A stretch of DNA of 64,000 nt. Source: Sphingomonadaceae bacterium (GTDB lineage Bacteria; Chloroflexota; UBA6077). Position numbers and translations under genes: made by a program. Below the pieces are notes generated by a model. That model had not been told where the DNA came from and did not search any database. It saw nothing but the letters and a program-made list of their open reading frames with translations. Shown here in pieces: positions 58,122 to 64,000 of the stretch; the stretch's first letter is position 1, and each line of letters starts with the position of its first letter. The stretch lies in contig JBLNDL010000011.1 in the NCBI GenBank assembly GCA_050261575.1, positions 1,345-65,344 of the forward strand. Direction: 5' to 3'.

Positions 58122-58344
58122 CGGGGAGTCTCCTTGAGGGATGATCGTCAATCCGGATGGATCGGTGCGCTCAGTTGTACGGCAAGGAGAACCCCGCTGT
58201 CAACCCGTTGTGGACTAGCGGACCCCACAGTTGTACAATTCGCACACAACACAGGATTCTCGCATGAACCGACGGGGCCTACCCCGTCGTCCCTTTCCTG
58301 GTCACTAGGGACGTGAATACGGAATAGTAAGCGGAGGCAATAGG

Positions 58345-58659
58345 TTGAACAAGCGGAAGAGAGTGGCGCAGCAGAAGCACCGAGTGCGGCAGCGCAAGCT
58401 GGAAGAGAGGCGAAAAGCCACCCGGGCTGCCTCCACCCTCACACCGGCGGCGCGGCCGCGCCCCGCCGAAACTGAGCGCCTGTCACCCTTGACCCCGAGC
58501 GCGCGACCACCGGCACCCAGAAGGCCGAGAACCACCAGGCCGGCTGCCGCCCAGGGGCAGGAACAGGCCCAGGCCTCCAGACCCGCCCCTCGAAGGGCAC
58601 CTCAGCCTCGGCAGCCAGAGGAATCCGCCGAGCCGAAGACCGGCGAAACCCAGGAGTAG
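58345..58659 (+). CDS. Possible small, highly basic low-complexity protein (104 aa).
   Basis: TTG start. MNKRKRVAQQKHRVRQRKLEERRKA then a Pro/Ala/Arg-rich tail. Could be non-coding. Confidence 0.25.
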   Translation: MNKRKRVAQQKHRVRQRKLEERRKATRAASTLTPAARPRPAETERLSPLTPSARPPAPRRPRTTRPAAAQGQEQAQASRPAPRRAPQPRQPEESAEPKTGETQE

Positions 58660-58739
58660 CCGAAGTCAGAGCCGGGGACCGAGGACTGAGCGAGGACCGC
58701 TCGGCCTCGGCCCTCAGTCCTATCCAATGAGGAGTCACC

Positions 58740-59267
58740 TTGAGAACCGTCATCCTACTGGCAATGCACGGAGCGCCGCCCAAGGACTTCCCAAAGAGGG
58801 AGCTGGGCGAGTACTTCGGTCTTCGCACTCGGCTGCAGCACTCGGCCGGACCCGACCGCGCCGAGATGGAGCGACGTCACGCCGAGCTGGAGGCAAAGAT
58901 GCTCGCGTGGCCCCGCACGGCGCAGAACGACCCCTACTACGCCGCGGCCCAGGCGCTTGCCGCCCAGTTGCGAGCCACTGCAGAGTCCGAGGTAGTGGTG
59001 GCATTCAACGAGTTCTGCGCGCCGACCCTGGACGAGGCGATGGACCACGCAATGGCCCTTTCTCCAGACAGGGTGGTGGTGATCACTCCGATGATGACCA
59101 GGGGTGGCGAGCACTCGGAGGTGGACATTCCGGAGGCGGTCCGCCGCGCCCAGGGACGCTATCCCAGCGTCCCCATCGTCTATGCCTGGCCCTTCGACGT
59201 CTCCGACATCGCCCGCTTCCTGACGTCCCAGATCCACCGCTTCCTAGAACAGGCAGAAAGGGGATAG
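58740..59267 (+). CDS. CbiX/SirB-like class II chelatase (small form).
   Basis: VILLAMHGAPP N-terminal strand and GGEHSEVDIPEAV metal-binding His motif. Confidence 0.55.
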   Translation: MRTVILLAMHGAPPKDFPKRELGEYFGLRTRLQHSAGPDRAEMERRHAELEAKMLAWPRTAQNDPYYAAAQALAAQLRATAESEVVVAFNEFCAPTLDEAMDHAMALSPDRVVVITPMMTRGGEHSEVDIPEAVRRAQGRYPSVPIVYAWPFDVSDIARFLTSQIHRFLEQAERG

Positions 59268-59300
59268 GGGGCGCCGTAGCGCCCCCTATCCCACAGCACT

Positions 59301-60737
59301 CTACAGGTAGGTCTGCGTGTGGCGCTGGCCGTCGAAACTGATCAGTAGCCTTCGGTCGTCGACCACCGTCTCCACGTGGACCGGACGCCCCCAGAGATCG
59401 AACACCGCCTGGAGCGTCCTCTCGGCGTACTTGATGTCCAGTTCTTGCCCCTCGTAGCAGTGCTTCAGGTACAGCTCCCGGTTGCGCCTGTAGTCGCCGT
59501 CCTCCACCACGATGTAGGGCACACCGAAATTGGTCATGCTGGCGACCAACATGTCGCGGATCCTCTGCCAGTCCTTCTCCACGATCACCCACTGGTCGCC
59601 CTCGCGCTTGTATATGTAGAGGTCCAGTTCGTCCACCAGTTCCTTCGTCAGGTAGTTCCTCAGGAAGGACACGTCGCTTTCCAGCTCTCGCACCTCGAAC
59701 AGCTTGGCCAGCCCCTGCCCCTCCTTCCGGCCGAGCTCGCGCTTCTCCTCCTCGGTCGGGTTGTCCCAGCGCTTCTTGATCGACTCGAAGATCTTCAGAC
59801 CGACGTAGTAGGGGTTGATCTGCTGCGGAGATGGGGCCGTGACGGCAGCGTTCATGTTGGCGAACTGGACGTACTCGTCCGAGGAGAGATCCAACTCGTG
59901 CATGATCTCCCGGTGCCAGTAGCTAGCCCACCCCTCGTTCATGATCTTGGTCATCATCTGCGGAACGAAGTAGAGCTGTTCGTTCCGCACGATGTGGATT
60001 ACATCCCGTTGCCATTCCTCCAGATCCGCCGCGTTCTCCGCGATGAACAGCAGCAGATCCTTCTCCGGCTCGTGCGGGAACCTCCGGTGCCTGGGCTGCT
60101 CCTCCTCCGGCGCGACGGCCTCCTCCCTCTCCAGTTGGAAGAGATCGTCGTAGGGTGTCTCGCGGGGCGCTGGCGGGTGCTCCTCCCGCTTCTCGCGTTC
60201 CCAATCCCGCGGCCGCAGCAAGGGGTTCGGATCGACGTGCTCCTCGATACAGAGGACCCTGTCCAGGAACTCCTCCACCTCCCGCCGCCCGTGGTGGAAC
60301 TCGTACCGACGGATCCGCTCGGCGTTGATGCTCGCCCCTTCCAGCATCTGCCGGGAGGTGTGGCGAAAGTGGAGATTGTTCTTGAAGAAGTCGCTGTGGG
60401 CCAGCACGTGGGCTGCGACCAGCTTGTTCTGAAGCAAGCCGTTGCCCTCCATCAGGAAGGCGTAGCACGGATCGGTGTTGATGACCAACTCGTAGATCTT
60501 GCTGAGGCCGTAGTCGTACATCATCTTCATCCGCTGGTACGCCTTGCCGTGCGTCCAGTGGGAGAAGCGGCCCGGCAGCCCGTAGGCCCCAAACTCGTAC
60601 ATGATGGTCGCAGGGACGATCTCGAAGTGGGTCGGGAAGGGGTCCAACCCCAGGCGGAGAGTGATGTCCCAAATCTGCTCGATCGCCTTCTCCAGCTCGT
60701 TCATCTCCCTGCCGCTCATGATCGGACTGCTGCTCAT
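59301..60737 (-). CDS. spoVR: SpoVR/YcgB-family protein.
   Basis: Family-wide conservation (FEIVPATIMYEFGAYGLPGRFSHWTHGKAYQRMKMMYDYGLSKIYELVIN). ATGA overlap with the upstream DUF444 gene. Confidence 0.8.
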   Translation of the reverse strand: MSSSPIMSGREMNELEKAIEQIWDITLRLGLDPFPTHFEIVPATIMYEFGAYGLPGRFSHWTHGKAYQRMKMMYDYGLSKIYELVINTDPCYAFLMEGNGLLQNKLVAAHVLAHSDFFKNNLHFRHTSRQMLEGASINAERIRRYEFHHGRREVEEFLDRVLCIEEHVDPNPLLRPRDWEREKREEHPPAPRETPYDDLFQLEREEAVAPEEEQPRHRRFPHEPEKDLLLFIAENAADLEEWQRDVIHIVRNEQLYFVPQMMTKIMNEGWASYWHREIMHELDLSSDEYVQFANMNAAVTAPSPQQINPYYVGLKIFESIKKRWDNPTEEEKRELGRKEGQGLAKLFEVRELESDVSFLRNYLTKELVDELDLYIYKREGDQWVIVEKDWQRIRDMLVASMTNFGVPYIVVEDGDYRRNRELYLKHCYEGQELDIKYAERTLQAVFDLWGRPVHVETVVDDRRLLISFDGQRHTQTYL

Positions 60738-61903
60738 GGCTCGACTCCAGCGGCAAGTTGGCGGCTGAAGAACTGTCGCAGCGCGGGGTAGACGCCGCCC
60801 TTCTCCTCGATGGTCACCCCGATGAACTTCTCGTCCTTGATGTTCTGGAAGGCTGACATCAGGGTGCTCAGGGAGCCGTAGCCCCCCTGCCTGATCTCCC
60901 CGTAGCCGAACACGTTGCACTTCTGAAGCATCTCGTGCACGAGCTCCACGCAGAGGCGGTTATCCGTCTCCCCCCAGTTGTCGCCATCGGAGAAGTGGAA
61001 CGGGTAGATATTCCAGTCCTGCGGGTTGTACCGCTGCCTGATGATATCCAGCGCCAGGCGGTAGGCGGACGAGACCTTCGTTCCACCGCTCTCACCCAAG
61101 GTGAAGAAGGTCTGCTCGTCCACCTCCTTGGCTTCGGTGTGGTGAGTGATGAAGACGATCTGAACCTGGTTGTACTTCCTCCGCAGGAACTTCACCATCC
61201 AGAAGTAGAAGCTCCTGCTGATGTATTTCTCGAACTCGCCCATGGACCCCGAGACGTCGCGCATCGCGATGATCACTGCGTTGTTCTCGAAGCGCACGTC
61301 CTCGGTCCAGGTCTTGAAGCGCAGGTCGTCGTTGTTGATCCCGCCGACCCGCGGTGCGCCGGCCTTGGCGTTTCGCCGGATGTTCTCCAGGATCGTCCGC
61401 CGCTTGTCCAGGCTGGACATGGGCCCGCTCTTGCGGATGTCGTTGAACCTCACGACGGTGCTCTCGATCTGCTGCGCCTGCTTCTGCTCGAGGTGCGGTA
61501 GCTCCAGATCCTCGAACATCAGATCGGCCAGCTCGTCGATGGTCACCTCGGCATCGAAGTAGTCCATGCCGGGCTGGTCCCCGGCACCCCTCCCCTTCCC
61601 GGGCCCCGCCTGTCCGTTCTGGCCGATCACGTCGCCGACCTGCGAGTCCCCGTTGCCCTGCCCCAGATGGTTCTTGCGGTTCGTGTCGTACCTGAAGTGG
61701 GGCAACTCCAGGGACCTAATCGGCACCTTGACCACCTTGTTCCCGTCGGAGGTGATGATCGCCTCCTCCGCCACGATGTCGGCCAAGTTGCTCTTTATGG
61801 CTTCCTTCACCTTCTCGTTGTGGCGCGACTGGTCCGCTGGCGCCTTGCGATGCAACGACCAGTCGTGTCTTGAGAGTGACACGGACTTGTTCATCATGCA
61901 CAC
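60734..61903 (-). CDS. yeaH: YeaH/YhbH DUF444 (vWA-like) protein.
   Basis: DUF444 hallmarks (DVSGSMGEFEKYISRSFYFWMVKFLRRKY). Confidence 0.8.
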   Translation of the reverse strand: MCMMNKSVSLSRHDWSLHRKAPADQSRHNEKVKEAIKSNLADIVAEEAIITSDGNKVVKVPIRSLELPHFRYDTNRKNHLGQGNGDSQVGDVIGQNGQAGPGKGRGAGDQPGMDYFDAEVTIDELADLMFEDLELPHLEQKQAQQIESTVVRFNDIRKSGPMSSLDKRRTILENIRRNAKAGAPRVGGINNDDLRFKTWTEDVRFENNAVIIAMRDVSGSMGEFEKYISRSFYFWMVKFLRRKYNQVQIVFITHHTEAKEVDEQTFFTLGESGGTKVSSAYRLALDIIRQRYNPQDWNIYPFHFSDGDNWGETDNRLCVELVHEMLQKCNVFGYGEIRQGGYGSLSTLMSAFQNIKDEKFIGVTIEEKGGVYPALRQFFSRQLAAGVEP

Positions 61904-61937
61904 CCCCCATCCAGGGGAGAGTCGGGACCTTAAACCA

Positions 61938-62012
61938 GAGACTAGAGGCCAGTAGCCGGTGGCAAGCTCTACGCCGCCCTCCAGTCCCCCCTACCCTCTA
62001 GCCTCTAGTCTC
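61938..62012. repeat. 12-bp perfect inverted repeat (GAGACTAGAGGC ... GCCTCTAGTCTC) with a 51-nt loop in the prkA-yeaH intergenic region.
   Basis: Arms at 61938-61949 and 62001-62012. Confidence 0.4.
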
Positions 62013-62023
62013 GAATCTCTGCG

Positions 62024-63919
62024 CTATCTGTTCAGCAGAGTCCCCACGTAGTTGAGCAGTTCGTTGGCACACACGTGGCAATAACCCTGCTCCTTGACCA
62101 ACCGATCCACTACGTCGTTGATGCGCTTGAGCTGCTCGGCGTCGGGCGTCTTCGTCGAAGTCGTGATCTTCACGACGTCCCGCAGATCCGCGAACAGCTT
62201 CTTCTCGATCGCCTCTTTCAGTCTCTCGTGGCTGCGATAGTCCAGCCGCTGTCCACGCCGGGCCAGGGCGCTGATCCGAATCAGGATCTCCTCGCGGAAA
62301 GCCTTCTTGGCGTTCTCCGTCACCCCGATCTGCTCCTCGACGCTCCGCATCAGCTTCTCGTCGGGCTCGACCTCTTCCTCGGTGATCGGGTCCCGCAACT
62401 TGGTGCGGTTGCAGTAGGCCTCCACGTTGTCCAGGTAGTTGTTGAACAACGTCTTCGCGCTCTCCTCGAAGGAGTACACGAATGCCTTCTGCACCTCCTT
62501 CTTCGCCATCTCGTCGTACTCGCGGCGGGTCTCCGAGATCAGGTTGAGGAACTTCTCTTTCTCCTCTCGCTTGAGCGAGGTGTGCTGCTCGAAGCCGTCC
62601 CGCAATGCCCTGAGCGCATCGATTGGAGTAATGCAGGTGACCCCCTCCTGTACGAGGGCACTGGAGAGCCGGTTGATCACGTAGCGCGGGGAGATGCCGT
62701 CCATTCCCTCACGCTCGGCCTCCTCCTGCAGCTCCCGCACGTCCTTCTGGGTGAAGTCCTCGGTGTCCTCGCCATCGTACAGCTTCAGCTTCTTCATCAG
62801 GCTCATGCCGGCCTTCTTCGACGGCTCCAACCGAGACAGGACGGCAAACATGCTGGCGATCTTCAGCGTGTTGGGAGCGATGTGGATGTCCTTCAGCCCG
62901 CTCTGACCGATCAGCTTCTCGTAGATCTTGATCTCGTCGGACACCCGCAGGTTGTAGGGAACCCGAATCAGGATGATCCGGTCCTGAAGCGCCTCGGCCT
63001 TCTTGTTGGCGATGAAGGCGTTGTACTCGTTCTCGTTCGTGTGGCTCATGACCACTTCGTCGGCGTAGATCATCGCGAAGCGGCCCGTCTTGATGGACTG
63101 TTCTTGCGAGAGCGTCAGCAGCCCGTACAGGAACTTCTCGTCGCTCTTCAGCATCTCGATGAACTCCATCAGGCCGCGGTTGGCAATGTTCAACTCGCCG
63201 TCGAAGCGGTAAGCCCTCGGATCGCTCTCGCTGCCGTACTCGCCGATGGTGGACAGGTCGATCGATCCGGTGAGCTCGCTGATATCCTGGCTCTTTGGGT
63301 CGCTCGGGGAGAACGTCCCTATGCCTACCCTGTGCTTTTCGCTGAAGGCGATGCGCTGAACCACGACCTCCTCAGCCCGCCCCCCGTACTTCTCCTTCAG
63401 CATCAACTGGCAGTGGGGGCACAGTTCCCCCTCGATGTAGATGCCGTACTCCCGCTGAATGTCGGGCCTGAGGGTGTCGGGAATCAGGTGCAGCGGCTCC
63501 TCGTGCATGGGGCAGCCCTTGATCGCGAACACGGCGCCAGCGTCCGTCCTGGTGTACTTCTCGAGGCCTCGCTTGAGAAGCGACACGATCGTGGACTTGC
63601 CTCCGCCGACAGGGCCCATCAGCAGCAGGATCCTCTTTCGGACCTCCAGCCTCTTGCCGGCAGAGTTGAAGTACTCCACCAACTGGTCTAGGGTCCTGTC
63701 CAATCCGAAGATCTCCCTGTCGAAGAAGCGGTACTTCTTTTCGCCCCGTTCGTCCTGCTCAACCCCGGCGGACATAATCATGTTGTATATCCTGGCGTGG
63801 GCGAGCTGGGCGATTTCGGGATTCCTCTGGACGAGGGACCAGTAGTCGGCGAAGGGCCCCTCCCAGTTCAGCCTCTCTTCCTCTGCCCGAAACTGCTCCA
63901 GTCGCTCGATCAGATTCAT
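62024..63919 (-). CDS. prkA: PrkA/YeaG-family serine protein kinase (AAA+ plus kinase).
   Basis: Walker A LLMGPVGGGKST and PrkA-wide conservation. GAGGAGG RBS. Confidence 0.85.
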   Translation of the reverse strand: MNLIERLEQFRAEEERLNWEGPFADYWSLVQRNPEIAQLAHARIYNMIMSAGVEQDERGEKKYRFFDREIFGLDRTLDQLVEYFNSAGKRLEVRKRILLLMGPVGGGKSTIVSLLKRGLEKYTRTDAGAVFAIKGCPMHEEPLHLIPDTLRPDIQREYGIYIEGELCPHCQLMLKEKYGGRAEEVVVQRIAFSEKHRVGIGTFSPSDPKSQDISELTGSIDLSTIGEYGSESDPRAYRFDGELNIANRGLMEFIEMLKSDEKFLYGLLTLSQEQSIKTGRFAMIYADEVVMSHTNENEYNAFIANKKAEALQDRIILIRVPYNLRVSDEIKIYEKLIGQSGLKDIHIAPNTLKIASMFAVLSRLEPSKKAGMSLMKKLKLYDGEDTEDFTQKDVRELQEEAEREGMDGISPRYVINRLSSALVQEGVTCITPIDALRALRDGFEQHTSLKREEKEKFLNLISETRREYDEMAKKEVQKAFVYSFEESAKTLFNNYLDNVEAYCNRTKLRDPITEEEVEPDEKLMRSVEEQIGVTENAKKAFREEILIRISALARRGQRLDYRSHERLKEAIEKKLFADLRDVVKITTSTKTPDAEQLKRINDVVDRLVKEQGYCHVCANELLNYVGTLLNR

Positions 63920-64000
63920 TACCTGCTGCCTCCTCTACGGTCGGCTACTCACGCTCTCGGATATGCCCCCAAGGTTGGAGGCTCTGCAGGGCGGGCCCAG

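Noticed and set aside
62075-63691. 538-aa plus-strand ORF antisense to prkA
   Set aside because: prkA frame carries Walker A and family-wide conservation. The antisense frame is Leu/Val/Gln-rich with no motifs.
1-64000. Scanned for CRISPR arrays, rRNA, integron attC sites and intact IS elements
   Set aside because: No regularly spaced direct repeats, no rRNA-like segments, and no transposase ORF with terminal inverted repeats. Only the transposase tail fragment at 3452-3610 was found.

Overview
This 64-kb window is a high-GC (about 65-68%) bacterial chromosomal segment with dense coding on both strands. The gene content resembles Chloroflexota or another high-GC lineage, but phylogeny cannot be established from sequence alone.

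Reading left to right, the window contains:
- a 5'-partial metW;
- a cytoplasmic reductive-dehalogenase/QueG-family Fe-S protein, tightly coupled to a membrane HisKA-only kinase fragment;
- a nitroreductase;
- tRNA-Trp(CCA), followed by decayed debris: a transposase C-terminal remnant, a truncated response-regulator fragment, and an MCP-like protein whose signalling domain has collapsed;
- a single-chain HTH-WYL-WCX regulator, divergent from an uncharacterised 333-aa protein and followed by an adnA/adnB-like helicase-nuclease operon;
- a small Zn-ribbon ORF missing from the ORF track;
- a secreted GH99-like hydrolase and a bacterial alpha-2-macroglobulin;
- a cold-shock protein;
- an orphan [FeFe]-hydrogenase maturase operon (TM1266-like regulator, hydG, hydE, hydF) with no hydrogenase structural gene in view;
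- PAC2, a GT87/DUF2029 membrane protein, a cupin, FabL-like enoyl-ACP reductase, and a PdxA-family gene;
- a methyl-THF/corrinoid methyl-transfer module: corrinoid protein, MTHFR-MTHFR_C fusion, DUF1638, lipoyl synthase, MeTr, and the RACo activator;
- a divergent YeiH-LysR pair;
- a DUF4157-like HExxH protein upstream of Lon;
- a MarR regulator;
- an envelope glycosylation cluster (GT2, GT1, GT-C, O-antigen-ligase-like);
- ilvD, a sortase, a response regulator, and a GH5 lipoprotein;
- a CbiX-like chelatase;
- the prkA-yeaH-spoVR stress triad.

No CRISPR array, rRNA or intact mobile element was seen. Many long shadow ORFs overlap real genes; these are high-GC artefacts and were not called.
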